Shown here: positions 10,429-20,561 of the stretch, piece by piece
How the letters are laid out: the number at the start of each line of letters is the position of its first letter
Position numbering within the stretch: position 1 is the stretch's first letter
Assembly (NCBI GenBank): GCA_963781885.1
Contig: CAWAHW010000003.1
Span: forward strand, 32,001-96,000
DNA length: 64,000 nucleotides
DNA from: an uncultured Spirochaetota bacterium
Lineage (GTDB): Bacteria > Spirochaetota > Spirochaetia > SZUA-6 > Fen-1364
Reading direction: 5' to 3'
The notes under the pieces: model-generated
The model's input: the letters and a program-made list of their open reading frames with translations, nothing else
Database searches by the model: none
Told to the model about the DNA's origin: nothing
Position numbers and translations under genes: made by a program

Positions 10429-11832
10429 ATGGGCACAAATCTCCTGAACAAGGTGTGGGATCTCCACACGGTCGGCGTGCTGCCATCCGGCCAGGACCAG
10501 CTTTTCATCGGGCTGCACCTCATCCACGAGGTCACCTCGCCGCAGGCCTTCCAGGCCCTCGCGGACCGGGGCCTGCGCGTGCTGTTCCCCGGCCGGACAT
10601 TCGCCACGGTGGACCACATCGTGCCCACGGAATCGCAGGCCCGGCCCTTTGCCGATCCACAGGCGGAGGCCATGCTGCAGGCAATCGAGCGCAACACGAA
10701 GGAGCACGGCATCCAGTTCTTCGGTCTCGGCACGCCCGAGCAGGGCATCGTGCACATCATCGGGCCCGAGCTTGGCCTCACCCAGCCCGGCATGACCATC
10801 GCCTGCGGCGACTCGCACACCTCCACGCATGGCGCGCTGGGCAGTCTTGCCTTCGGCGTGGGGACGTCCCAGATCCGCGACATTCTTGCGACGCAGACGC
10901 TTGCCCTCACCCGGCCGAAGGTGCGCAGAATCGAGATCACGGGCTCGCTGGCCAACGGTGTCTCGGCGAAGGACCTGGTGATCCGCATCATCGCGGAGCT
11001 CGGCGTGAAGGGCGGCATCGGTTTTGCCTATGAATATGGCGGCGCCGCCATCGAGGCGCTCCCCATGGAGGCGCGTCTGACGCTTTGCAACATGAGCATC
11101 GAGGCAGGGGCGCGCGCCGGCTACGTCAATCCCGATGAGACGACATTCGCCTACCTCAAGGGCCGGCGCTTCGCCCCCACCGGCGCGGCGTGGGACACGG
11201 GGCTTTCCTACTGGAAGAGCATCGCATCCGACAAGGACGCGCAGTACGACCACGTCTTCCGCCTGGATGGAGCGGGCATCGAGCCGATGGTGGCATGGGG
11301 CATCAACCCTGGGCAGGCCGTGGGCGTCACGCAGCGGCTGCCCCGGATCTCCGACGCGAAAGAGGAGGACCGCGAGGCCCTGCACAAGGCCTACGCGCAC
11401 ACCGGCTTCGAGGAGAATCGCCCGCTGCAGGGTCTGCCGGTGGACGTGGCGTTCATCGGGTCATGCACGAACGGGCGCATCTCGGACCTGCGCGAGGCGG
11501 CGAAGGTGGCCCGCGGCCGCAAGGTGTCGCCGCACGTGAAGGCACTCGTCGTGCCGGGCTCGCGCAGCGTCGCGCGCCAGGCCGAAGCAGAAGGGCTGCC
11601 CGAGGTGTTCCGGGCAGCAGGCTTCCAGTGGCGGGAGCCGGGCTGCTCGATGTGTCTGGCAATGAATCCCGACAAGCTCTCCGAGCGCCAGGTCTGCGCA
11701 AGCTCTTCGAACAGGAACTTCATCGGCCGGCAGGGCTCGCCGCGCGGCCGCACGCTCCTCATGAGCCCGGCCATGGTCGCGGCCGCGGCGCTGGCAGGAG
11801 AGGTGGTCGATATCCGCAAAGAGAGGGTGTGA
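10429..11832 (+). CDS. leuC: 3-isopropylmalate dehydratase large subunit
   Basis: [43 protein letters not shown]. Confidence 0.96.
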   Translation: MGTNLLNKVWDLHTVGVLPSGQDQLFIGLHLIHEVTSPQAFQALADRGLRVLFPGRTFATVDHIVPTESQARPFADPQAEAMLQAIERNTKEHGIQFFGLGTPEQGIVHIIGPELGLTQPGMTIACGDSHTSTHGALGSLAFGVGTSQIRDILATQTLALTRPKVRRIEITGSLANGVSAKDLVIRIIAELGVKGGIGFAYEYGGAAIEALPMEARLTLCNMSIEAGARAGYVNPDETTFAYLKGRRFAPTGAAWDTGLSYWKSIASDKDAQYDHVFRLDGAGIEPMVAWGINPGQAVGVTQRLPRISDAKEEDREALHKAYAHTGFEENRPLQGLPVDVAFIGSCTNGRISDLREAAKVARGRKVSPHVKALVVPGSRSVARQAEAEGLPEVFRAAGFQWREPGCSMCLAMNPDKLSERQVCASSSNRNFIGRQGSPRGRTLLMSPAMVAAAALAGEVVDIRKERV

Positions 11833-12449
11833 TGGCAGCAATCGACACACGGCGCATCCGGGTGGAAGGCCGCGCGATCCCGGTTCCCGGCGATGACATC
11901 GACACGGACCGGATCATCCCCGCCCGCTACCTGCGCGAGATCACCTTCGAGCAGCTGGGCAAGTACGCCTTCATCGACGAGCGCTTCGATGAGAAGGGCG
12001 TCATGCGGGAGCATCCTCTGAACGACCCCCGTTTCAAGGGTGGGTCCATCCTCCTGGTGAGCCGCAATTTCGGCTGCGGCTCCTCCCGCGAGCACGCCCC
12101 GCAGTCCCTCATGCGCATGGGCATCACCGCGTTCGTCGGCGAATCGTTTGCCGAGATATTCTCGGGCAACTGCGTGTCGCTGGGCCTGCCCGCTGCCCGC
12201 GTCTCCCACGAGCACGCACGGGCGCTCATGGACCTCGTCACAAAGGACCCCGGCCTCAACGTGGTCGTGGACCTCGAAAAGCGCACGGTGGGCGCGGGCG
12301 CCGCCTCATTTACCTTCACCATGCCTGACTCGGATCGCGCCAGCCTCATGAGCGGGGAGTGGGACGGCACGGCCGTCCTGCTTTCGCGGGAGAGCGACAT
12401 CCGCGCAGCCGCGCGGCGCATCCCGTACGTGAACGGCTTCGCCTCTTAG
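11832..12449 (+). CDS. leuD: 3-isopropylmalate dehydratase small subunit
   Basis: DIDTDRIIPARYL, NFGCGSSREHAPQ; start overlaps the leuC stop. Confidence 0.95.
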   Translation: MAAIDTRRIRVEGRAIPVPGDDIDTDRIIPARYLREITFEQLGKYAFIDERFDEKGVMREHPLNDPRFKGGSILLVSRNFGCGSSREHAPQSLMRMGITAFVGESFAEIFSGNCVSLGLPAARVSHEHARALMDLVTKDPGLNVVVDLEKRTVGAGAASFTFTMPDSDRASLMSGEWDGTAVLLSRESDIRAAARRIPYVNGFAS

Positions 12450-12458
12450 GGAGGGAAT

Positions 12459-14144
12459 ATGAAGAGCACGACAGACACGCTGAACAGCCGCAGCCGGATC
12501 ATGACCGGCGGTGTTTCCCGTATGCCCAACAGGGCCATGCTCCGCGCGGTCGGCTTCACCGATGCGGACTTCGACAAGCCCATCGTCGCCGTGGCGAGCG
12601 CCGGCAGCGAGGTCTCGCCGTGCAACGTGCATCTCGATGACCTGGCCGCGATTGCCAAGACCGGCATCCGGGAGGCCGGCGGCGTGCCGCTGAAGTTCAA
12701 TACCTTTGTCGTGACCGACGGCGAGGCCATGGGTCACGAGGGCATGAAGTGCTCCCTGGTGAGCCGCGAGGTGATCGCGGACGCCATAGAGCTCGTCGTG
12801 CGCGGGCACCAGATGGACGCCATCCTCGGGCTGGGCGGCTGCGACAAGACCATCCCCGGCACGGTGATGGCCATGGCGCGCCTGGACCTGCCGAGCGTCT
12901 TCGTCTACGGCGGCTCCATCAACCCGGGCATGCACCGCGGGAAGCCCGTTGACATCGTGAGCGCCTTCGAGGCGGTGGGAAAGTTCAGCACAGGGGAGAT
13001 CACCGAGGAGGAGCGGCACGGGATCGAGTGCGCCGCCTGCCCGGGACCCGGCGCCTGCGGTGGCATGTACACGGCCAACACCATGGCCGCGGCGATGGAA
13101 GCCATCGGCATGAGCCTGCCCGGCAATGCCTGCATCCCCGCTGTTGACCCGGCCAAGAAGCAGGAGCTCCAGAGGGCCGGTCAGGCTGTCATGGAGCTGC
13201 TGCGCCGCGGCATCACGCCGCGCCAGATCATGAGCCGGCACGCGTTTGAGAACGCGATCCGCGTCTCGCTCGCCGTGGGAGGGTCAACGAACGCCGTCCT
13301 GCACCTCCTTGCCCTTGCCGTTGAGGCGGGTGTCAGCCTGGACATCTTCGACTTCAACGCCTTCTACGACACTACGCCGACCATCTGCGACATGAAGCCC
13401 GCGGGAAAGCACGTCATGACCGACCTCTACAAGGTTGGCGGCATCCAGAAGGTGATGCGCGTCCTCCTCGATGCAGGCCTCCTGCACGGAGAGTGCATGA
13501 CGGTCACCGGAAAGACCGTTGCGGAAAACCTCCAGGATATTTCACCCGATCTGCGCGGCCAGGAGGTGATCCATTCACTTTCCACGCCGGTAAGCCCGCG
13601 CGGTCCCATCAGCATTCTGAAGGGAAACCTCGCGGAAGAGGGCGCCGTGCTGAAGACGGTCGGCATCGGCGAGTTCCGGCACGAGGGGCCGGCCCGGGTC
13701 TTCGAGAGCGAGGAAGAGGCCTTGGACGCCATCCTCAAGGGCCGCATTGTGAAGGGCGACACCGTGGTGATCCGCAACGAAGGGCCGCGCGGCGGGCCGG
13801 GCATGCGGGAGATGCTCGCTCCTACGTCGGCGCTGGCGGGCGCGGGCCTGCTGCGGGACGTCGCGCTGGTCACCGACGGCAGGTTCTCCGGCGGAAGCCG
13901 CGGCATGCTCGTCGGGCACGTCGCGCCCGAGGCGCGGGATGGCGGCACGATCGCCCTCGTCCAGGACGGGGACATGGTCACCATCGACGCTTTCAAGAAG
14001 ACCATTTCGGTAAATCTCACCAAGAATGAAGTCGACCGCAGGCGGAAGGCTTGGAAACCCCGACAGATCGCCTATGCCACGGGTGCTTTGGCAAAGTATG
14101 CAAGACTTGTTTCTTCAGCGAGCAAAGGCGCCGTGACAGGGTAG
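12459..14144 (+). CDS. ilvD: dihydroxy-acid dehydratase
   Basis: PCN, GCDKTIPG, CGGMYTANTM, GGSTN, GGPGMREM, TDGRFSGG. Confidence 0.96.
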   Translation: MKSTTDTLNSRSRIMTGGVSRMPNRAMLRAVGFTDADFDKPIVAVASAGSEVSPCNVHLDDLAAIAKTGIREAGGVPLKFNTFVVTDGEAMGHEGMKCSLVSREVIADAIELVVRGHQMDAILGLGGCDKTIPGTVMAMARLDLPSVFVYGGSINPGMHRGKPVDIVSAFEAVGKFSTGEITEEERHGIECAACPGPGACGGMYTANTMAAAMEAIGMSLPGNACIPAVDPAKKQELQRAGQAVMELLRRGITPRQIMSRHAFENAIRVSLAVGGSTNAVLHLLALAVEAGVSLDIFDFNAFYDTTPTICDMKPAGKHVMTDLYKVGGIQKVMRVLLDAGLLHGECMTVTGKTVAENLQDISPDLRGQEVIHSLSTPVSPRGPISILKGNLAEEGAVLKTVGIGEFRHEGPARVFESEEEALDAILKGRIVKGDTVVIRNEGPRGGPGMREMLAPTSALAGAGLLRDVALVTDGRFSGGSRGMLVGHVAPEARDGGTIALVQDGDMVTIDAFKKTISVNLTKNEVDRRRKAWKPRQIAYATGALAKYARLVSSASKGAVTG

Positions 14145-14317
14145 GTGAGATTTCCATTTCAACAATTTTCTCGAAAAAAGTTGACTGATATCTCTTGGTA
14201 TGAGATTATTTGCTATCACTTAGTAGTTTAAAATGGATTTTCTCTATGAAGAGTATCAATAGAGAGTTTAGAGTACAATGGAAAGCCCCATGCAAAGGGC
14301 CGCCTGGTGACGGTGGC

Positions 14318-15940
14318 ATGAGCCAGGAGCCTCAAAACGCCACACGCCGCGGGCTGCCCGAGGCGGAGGATGGTCTTCGCGCGAGCGAAGCGAGATTCCG
14401 TCTCATGGCGGAGAATTCCTGCGACATGCTCTGGAGCCTCGATTCGCTGGACGGCTGCTTCACATTCGTGAGCGGCACCGTGGAGAAGCTCCTGGGCATC
14501 TCACGTGACGCCATGTACGCGAGGAGCCTCGGCGGCATCCTGAATCCCGACGAACGCGACGCCGTGCTGAGCCAGCTCCGCGAAGGCCTCCGCGGCCCCG
14601 GTCCCGCCGGGAATGCGCCGCGCGTGCACATCCCCCTCGTGCGCCTGACGCGGGCCGACGGATCGACCGTGTCCACGGAAATGACCGTCAGCGCACGCCA
14701 GGCGCCGGAGGGGACCTGCCGGGAGATATTCGGCGTGAGCCGGGACATCACCGAAAGGCTCCTCCTGGAAGCCCAGCTGCGCCAGGGGCAGAAGATGGAC
14801 GCTCTCGGCCAGCTCGCAAGCGGCGTCGCGCACGACTTCAATAATCTCCTCCAGGCAATTCAGGGATTCGCCCAGCTTGCAAGCGACGCGGTGGAAGCCG
14901 ACAGCGCCGCACGGCGGCACCTGGACGAGGTGCTCCACGCGGCGCAGAGGGCGCGCGCTCTTTCCGCCAAGCTCCTTGCCTTCGGGCACCGCGGGGAGGT
15001 GCCGCGCATCGCGGTGGATCTCGACGGGCTGCTGGCGGGGCTTTCTGAAAGCATTCGCCGCGCCCTCGGGGGTTCCTGCGACCTGGAGATCGCCTCCGAC
15101 GGGGGCGCGAAGTCCGTGCAGGTGGATCCTGCGCAGATCGAGCAGGCGCTCCTCAACCTCTGCGCGAATGCGCGCGACGCGATGCCCCAAGGGGGCACCG
15201 TGCGCCTTGCAACCGGCGTCGCGCGCCTGGACGAAGAGTTCTGCCGTCTCCGTCAGTGGGCGCGGCCCGGAGATTACGCGCGACTTACGATCTCCGATAC
15301 CGGCACGGGCATTCCGGCCGACCAGCTGCCCCGGATATTCGAGCCCTTCTACACGACGAAGGAGCGGGGACGCGGCACCGGCATGGGCCTTGCGATGGTC
15401 TACGGCATCGTGCAGAAGCACGGGGGATTCATCCACGCCGACAGCAGCCCGGGCGCCGGCGCCTCGTTCACCGTCTACCTGCCGTTGACCCCTGCGCCTT
15501 GGCAAAGGGCCGCCGCGGCAAAGCCGGCGGAGGATGCCCCCGCGCGCGAGGACGCGGAGACGATACTCCTCGCCGAGGACGACGAATCAGTGCACGAGTT
15601 CACCCTCCGCGTGCTGCGTGCGGCAGGCTACCGCGTGCTCGCCGCGCACGACGGCGCGGAGGCCATCCAGCTCTTCCGCGAGAAGGGGACCGCGGTGTCG
15701 ATCGCCGTCCTGGACGTGATCATGCCGAAGCTGAACGGCACCGCCGTCGCGCACGTCATCCGATCGCTGCGGCCGGGCATGCCGGTGCTTTTCAGCACCG
15801 GCTACGATTTCCGCCTGCTGGAGGACGGCTTTGCCCCGGGCAGGGAGACTGAGGTGATTCGAAAGCCTTTCAGCCACGCTGAGCTGCTCCAGAAGATACG
15901 GACCATGATCGACCAGTTCTCTCTCAGCACGCAGGACTGA
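14318..15940 (+). CDS. PAS-domain hybrid sensor histidine kinase/response regulator
   Basis: PAS, H-box AHDFNNLL, N-box NLCANARDA, G-boxes DTGTGI and GTGMGL, REC with LAEDD...DVIMP...KPF. Confidence 0.92.
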   Translation: MSQEPQNATRRGLPEAEDGLRASEARFRLMAENSCDMLWSLDSLDGCFTFVSGTVEKLLGISRDAMYARSLGGILNPDERDAVLSQLREGLRGPGPAGNAPRVHIPLVRLTRADGSTVSTEMTVSARQAPEGTCREIFGVSRDITERLLLEAQLRQGQKMDALGQLASGVAHDFNNLLQAIQGFAQLASDAVEADSAARRHLDEVLHAAQRARALSAKLLAFGHRGEVPRIAVDLDGLLAGLSESIRRALGGSCDLEIASDGGAKSVQVDPAQIEQALLNLCANARDAMPQGGTVRLATGVARLDEEFCRLRQWARPGDYARLTISDTGTGIPADQLPRIFEPFYTTKERGRGTGMGLAMVYGIVQKHGGFIHADSSPGAGASFTVYLPLTPAPWQRAAAAKPAEDAPAREDAETILLAEDDESVHEFTLRVLRAAGYRVLAAHDGAEAIQLFREKGTAVSIAVLDVIMPKLNGTAVAHVIRSLRPGMPVLFSTGYDFRLLEDGFAPGRETEVIRKPFSHAELLQKIRTMIDQFSLSTQD

Positions 15941-16032
15941 TGCGGCAGAAAACAGTACAAATGTTACGTAGTTCCTGCTGATTTCGCCCCCTTTTTTGTA
16001 TTTTCGCCTGAGATTTCTCTTGCAATATCCTG

Positions 16033-16062
16033 TATTGTGTAATAAACAGTAGTGGATATAGT
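16033..16062 (+). promoter_or_regulatory. putative operator (imperfect 19-bp palindrome) and -10 box upstream of the rSAM-PadR operon
   Basis: TATTGTGTAATAAACAGTA (16033-16051) has dyad symmetry, TATAGT lies at 16057-16062, and the intergenic region is AT-rich. Confidence 0.35.
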
Positions 16063-16097
16063 TCTGTATGGTGCATGAATTATTACCGGAGGCAAAA

Positions 16098-17429
16098 ATG
16101 AAGATCCTTTTGATCGACCCCTGCAAGGAGCCCATGACCGGCGGAGAGCGGAAGCGCGGAGTGACACGGTTTCCGCAGATTTCCCTGCTCTACATCGCGG
16201 CCCTCACGCCGGAAGCCCACGCGGTGAAAATCGTGGAGGAGGAAATCGAGCCCATCGATTTCGATGCTCCGTGCAACCTTGTCGGCATCACGTGCATGAC
16301 GGCGAACGCGCCGCGCGCCTACCAGCTTGCCGATGCCTTTCGGCGCCGGGGCAAACGCGTGGTGCTGGGCGGGGTCCACCCGACGGTCCGGCCCGATGAG
16401 GCGGCGCTGCACGCGGATGCCGTCGTGGTGGGCGAGGCGGAGCCCGTCTGGAGCACGCTGCTCGCGGACGCAGAGGCCGGCGGCCTGAAGCCCCGCTACA
16501 CGAATGACCACACCTGGAAGCTGGATGATTACCCGACGCCGCTGCGGAAGGCCGGGAAATCCGGGGCCGTGCTGGGCATCGTGCCCGTGGTGACGTCCCG
16601 CGGCTGCCCATATGCCTGCGATTTCTGCAGCGTGCACAACATGTTCGGCCGCGTCATCCGGCACGTCGCGGTGCCCCGCGTTCTAGAGGACATCGAACGG
16701 TCGGGCTCACGCAAGGTCATGTTCCTCGACGACAACATCGTCGGCGACCAGGGCTACGCGGAGACGCTCTTCGACGCGCTGCGCGGGCGCGGCATCTCCT
16801 GGGTGGGTCAGGCCTCCATCTCCTTCGTCCACAACGAGCGGCTGCTGGAGAAGGCCGCCGCCAGCGGGTGCAAGGGTCTTTTCGTCGGGCTGGAATCGGT
16901 CTCCGAGCAGAAAATGGAAAAGCTTCGCAAGAGTTTGAAGACACAGGCGGACACCGCCGATGCCATCCGCCGCATCATGCGCGCCGGCATTCTCTTCCAC
17001 GCCTCCATCGTCTTCGGTTTCGACGACGACGAGACGAGCATCTTCGACGAGACGATCGACTTCCTCCAGCGCGCGCGCATCGCCTCGGCGACATTCAACA
17101 TCCTCACCCCGTACCCGGGCACCGTGATATTCGACCAGTACAAGGCGGAAGGCAGGCTCCTCACGGAGGACTGGAAGGACTTCGATCACTGCACCCCCAC
17201 CTTCAACCCGCGGCACATGAGCGCGGAGGATCTCATGGAGGGCTACCACCGGGTGCGCCGGAGCTTCTTCGGTCTGGCGAACATCGCCGCGCGCCTGCCG
17301 GCGAACTGGCGCACACCCGTGCTCTTCCTCGTGGCGAATCTCGGGCTTCGGGTCCAGGTGCGCGCCGACCAGGCGCGGCTGCGGGAAGGCATTGCGCGGC
17401 CCGTGGTGTCGGCGGTGGGCGGCATCTAG
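16098..17429 (+). CDS. B12-binding domain radical SAM protein
   Basis: GGVHPT...VGEAE cobalamin-binding domain, SRGCPYACDFC, GLES, TPYPGT; GGAGG RBS. Confidence 0.9.
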   Translation: MKILLIDPCKEPMTGGERKRGVTRFPQISLLYIAALTPEAHAVKIVEEEIEPIDFDAPCNLVGITCMTANAPRAYQLADAFRRRGKRVVLGGVHPTVRPDEAALHADAVVVGEAEPVWSTLLADAEAGGLKPRYTNDHTWKLDDYPTPLRKAGKSGAVLGIVPVVTSRGCPYACDFCSVHNMFGRVIRHVAVPRVLEDIERSGSRKVMFLDDNIVGDQGYAETLFDALRGRGISWVGQASISFVHNERLLEKAAASGCKGLFVGLESVSEQKMEKLRKSLKTQADTADAIRRIMRAGILFHASIVFGFDDDETSIFDETIDFLQRARIASATFNILTPYPGTVIFDQYKAEGRLLTEDWKDFDHCTPTFNPRHMSAEDLMEGYHRVRRSFFGLANIAARLPANWRTPVLFLVANLGLRVQVRADQARLREGIARPVVSAVGGI

Positions 17430-17456
17430 CACAGCGCACGATCTCAGGGAGAACTC

Positions 17457-17777
17457 ATGAATATTCAATTCAAGAAGGGCGTGCTGGAGCTCTGCGTCCT
17501 GGTGGCACTCTGCCGCAAGGATTATTATGGCTACGAGCTCGTCCAGGCAATCTCGAAGAACATCGACATCGCCGAGGGGACGGTCTACCCGCTCCTGCGG
17601 CGCCTGATGAAGGAAGGGTACTTCACCACGTACATCCAGGAATCGGCGGAAGGGCCCGCCCGCAAGTACTACCAGATCACCGACAAGGGCCGGGAGTACC
17701 AGGCGGTCCTCCTGGAAGAGTGGAACCGATTCGTCCACGGCGTGAACACTCTCATCGGAAAGGGGGCTGCGGCATGA
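17457..17777 (+). CDS. PadR-family transcriptional regulator
   Basis: QFKKGVLE...YGYEL...[11 protein letters not shown]...[11 protein letters not shown]. Confidence 0.93.
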   Translation: MNIQFKKGVLELCVLVALCRKDYYGYELVQAISKNIDIAEGTVYPLLRRLMKEGYFTTYIQESAEGPARKYYQITDKGREYQAVLLEEWNRFVHGVNTLIGKGAAA

Positions 17778-18358
17778 CACGGCAGGCTTTCGTGGCGGAG
17801 CTGGCGCGCGCCCTCGGGCGCATGCCCGAGACGGACCGCAAGGAGATCCTCTACGACTACGAGGAGCACTTCCGCATGGGGCTCACCGACGGAAAGAGCG
17901 AGGAGGAAATCGCGCGGTCCCTGGGCAACCCCCGCGTGCTCGGGAGGTCCTTCGCGATCGATGCAATGCTGGAGGCGCCGGCATCGGGCGCGGGGGTGAC
18001 GGCGGGATCGGTCATGCGGGCGGTCTTTGCCTCCATGAGCCTCACGATATTCAACGTGATATTCGTCCTGGGACCCTTCCTGGGGCTCGTCGGCGTCATG
18101 ATCGGGCTCTGGGCTGCCGCGGTATCGCTGCCGCTGGCAGGGCTGGGGACATTCCTCTCACCCATTGCCGCCCTCATCCTGCCGCGCTACGTGTCGCTTG
18201 CGGGCATGAACGCCGCCTTCCTCCTCTTCGCGGGCATCGGCGTCGCGGGCCTCGGCCTGCTCGCGGTGATCGGGATGTGGAAGCTGAGCCGCCTGTTCGT
18301 GCTCATGATCGCCGCCTACGTGCGGTTCAACGCGCGCATCGTCACGCGCAGAAGATAG
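17774..18358 (+). CDS. DUF1700/HAAS-domain membrane protein
   Basis: [10 protein letters not shown]...[11 protein letters not shown]...[14 protein letters not shown] followed by TM helices; overlaps the padR stop. Confidence 0.88.
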   Translation: MTRQAFVAELARALGRMPETDRKEILYDYEEHFRMGLTDGKSEEEIARSLGNPRVLGRSFAIDAMLEAPASGAGVTAGSVMRAVFASMSLTIFNVIFVLGPFLGLVGVMIGLWAAAVSLPLAGLGTFLSPIAALILPRYVSLAGMNAAFLLFAGIGVAGLGLLAVIGMWKLSRLFVLMIAAYVRFNARIVTRRR

Positions 18359-18368
18359 GAGTGAAGAG

Positions 18369-19291
18369 ATGACCGGAAAAACACCCCTTGCGCGTGTCGT
18401 GATCTACACGGCCGTCATCACGGCCGCCGCGCTGTGCATCGCCGCGGTGATCGGGGCCGCCGCCGGCGGATTCCGCCCCTGGGCGCCGTCGGCGGGCGTG
18501 ACGGTGGACGAACGTGTGTCGGTCCCCCTCGACGGCGTCACCCTTGTCTCCGTGGCCTCCGCCAGCGACAAGGTGCGCATCCTCGAGGGAAGCGGCGCGG
18601 CGGTGGAAGTCTGGCTGCACGGCTCCCTCAGCACCGGGTCCGCCGATGCGGTCCCCCATATCCTGGCGGCCCGGACGGGTCCCCGCGCGGACATCGGGCT
18701 GCAGCAGCGGAATCCCGTCACGATCGGCTTTCTCTGGAGCAATCTCACCCTGGAGGTGAGCGTGCCGCGGGGATACACGGGACGGGTCATCGCGCACACC
18801 TCGTCGGGCGACATCGAGGTGCCGGACCATTCCTTCGGAGGGCTGGAGCTTTCCACGACGTCGGGCAGCGTGCATGCCGGGGCTCTGCGCGCGTCCGATA
18901 TCTCCATGCACACCAACTCGGGGATCTTTCGGCGAAGGGCGTGACCGCGGCGCACGCCGCGCTTTCCTCCACGAGCGGGAGGATCAGCGTGGAGGCGATC
19001 ACCGGCGATGTCACCGCCCAAAGCAGCTCGGGTGAGATCACGCTTGCCTTCGCGGCGTCCCCGTCCCACGTGGAGGCGGGCACGTCGTCGGGCGGGGTGA
19101 TGGTGAAGCTGCCGGCGGATGCGGGTTTTGTCCTGGACGCCCACAGCAGCTCGGGTGATATTTCCTGCACCTTCCCGATCAGCCTGGACGGCTCGACGGG
19201 CGCCCGGCACGTGATGCGGGGGAGCGTCGGAAGCGGCGCGGGAAGCATCGTCCTGCACACGTCTTCGGGGGACATCCGCGTCGAGCAATGA
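18369..19291 (+). CDS. DUF4097 (Toastrack) beta-strand repeat protein; frameshift at G-run 18920-18923
   Basis: N-terminal TM helix, then repeated xTSSGDIx units continuing across two frames. One extra G gives TNSGDLSAKG. Confidence 0.82.
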
Positions 19292-19464
19292 GCCGGGCCC
19301 ACGGGGCGAAGACCGGCTCGCGGCGGCAAACGAGGTTATAAGAAGCAATAACGGGCAGATTCGGTGTTCAATGATTGCACGAGCGACGACGATGGTGGTA
19401 TGCTCGGGTTCTTCCCGCGCAATCGTGCACGACAATCCACACCGAAGGGAGAACGCACTCGATC

Positions 19465-20550
19465 ATGGCTCGACAAATGTCCTCAGCCGCGCGGCTCAAC
19501 CAGGGGCTTCGCATCTTCTTCTCCGAGTTCGTCCGCGTGAGCCTTCGGCGGCCGCGCCAGGCGCTCTTCTTCGCGCGCACCGTGATCTGGCAGGGAAGCG
19601 CCGCGCGTCGGCGCGCCCGCATGGCCCGCGAAGGCATCCACGTTCCCCCCATCGCCATCTTCAGCATCACCAATCGGTGCAATCTCCGATGCAAGGGCTG
19701 CTATTCCCAGGCCATCCATCGGGACACCGCCGACGAGCTTTCTCCCGATCGTCTTCGCAGCCTCGTGCAGGAGGCGGACGACGTGGGCATTTCTTTCTTC
19801 GTGATCGCGGGCGGGGAGCCGCTCGTGCGGCCGGAGATCGTCGAGATCACGCGCGATTTTCCCCACATCGTCTTTCTCCTGATCACTAATGGCCTGCTCC
19901 TGGACCAGTCTCTCATCGACCGTCTCACGACCCAGCGCAATACGGTGCCCGTGCTCAGCATCGAGGGCTCCCAGGAGCAGACGGACGACCGGCGCGGAGA
20001 GGGTGTGCACGATCGCCTGAAGAAGCGCATGGTGCAGCTGCAGGAGGCGGGCATCTTCTTCAGCCTTTCCCTCACCGTGACGCGGCAGAACTTCGCCACG
20101 GTCACGGATCGCGCGTTCCTGCAGAGCGCCGTCGATGCCGGTTGCCGTCTCTTCTTCCACATGGAATACACGCCGATCCGCGCGGGAACCGACGAATGGG
20201 TCATCACGGACGCGCAGCGCGGCCGGATGAAGGAGCTCGTGACCGGCTTCCGCCAGAGCTTCAAGGCCCTCTTCATCGCGGTGCCGTGGGACGAGGAGGA
20301 ACAGGGCGGATGCCTTGCCTCGGGCAGGGGATTCGTCCACATCAGCGCTTCCGGTGACCTCGAGCCGTGCCCCTTCGCCCCATACTCCGATGCGAATGTG
20401 CGCACGGCGCCGCTGCGGGAGGCGCTGCAGTCCCCGTTCCTTGCCTCGATGAGGGACAACCACGCCCTGTTCGCGGAGACCGACGGCGGCTGCGCCCTGT
20501 GGAGGAACAGGGAGACCGTGGAGGCGCTGCTGGCACGGAAGACGGGCTGA
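19465..20550 (+). CDS. radical SAM protein with SPASM/twitch-like C-terminus
   Basis: ITNRCNLRCKGCY, AGGEPL, TNG, GGCLASGRGFVHISASGDLEPCPF. Confidence 0.88.
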   Translation: MARQMSSAARLNQGLRIFFSEFVRVSLRRPRQALFFARTVIWQGSAARRRARMAREGIHVPPIAIFSITNRCNLRCKGCYSQAIHRDTADELSPDRLRSLVQEADDVGISFFVIAGGEPLVRPEIVEITRDFPHIVFLLITNGLLLDQSLIDRLTTQRNTVPVLSIEGSQEQTDDRRGEGVHDRLKKRMVQLQEAGIFFSLSLTVTRQNFATVTDRAFLQSAVDAGCRLFFHMEYTPIRAGTDEWVITDAQRGRMKELVTGFRQSFKALFIAVPWDEEEQGGCLASGRGFVHISASGDLEPCPFAPYSDANVRTAPLREALQSPFLASMRDNHALFAETDGGCALWRNRETVEALLARKTG

Positions 20551-20561
20551 AGCGGGTCATT

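Noticed and set aside
18369-19291. Programmed frameshifting or phase variation in DUF4097 and other split genes
   Set aside because: The runs are only 3-5 nt, occur in unrelated genes, and show no slippery heptamer or stimulatory structure. Sequencing error is more parsimonious.
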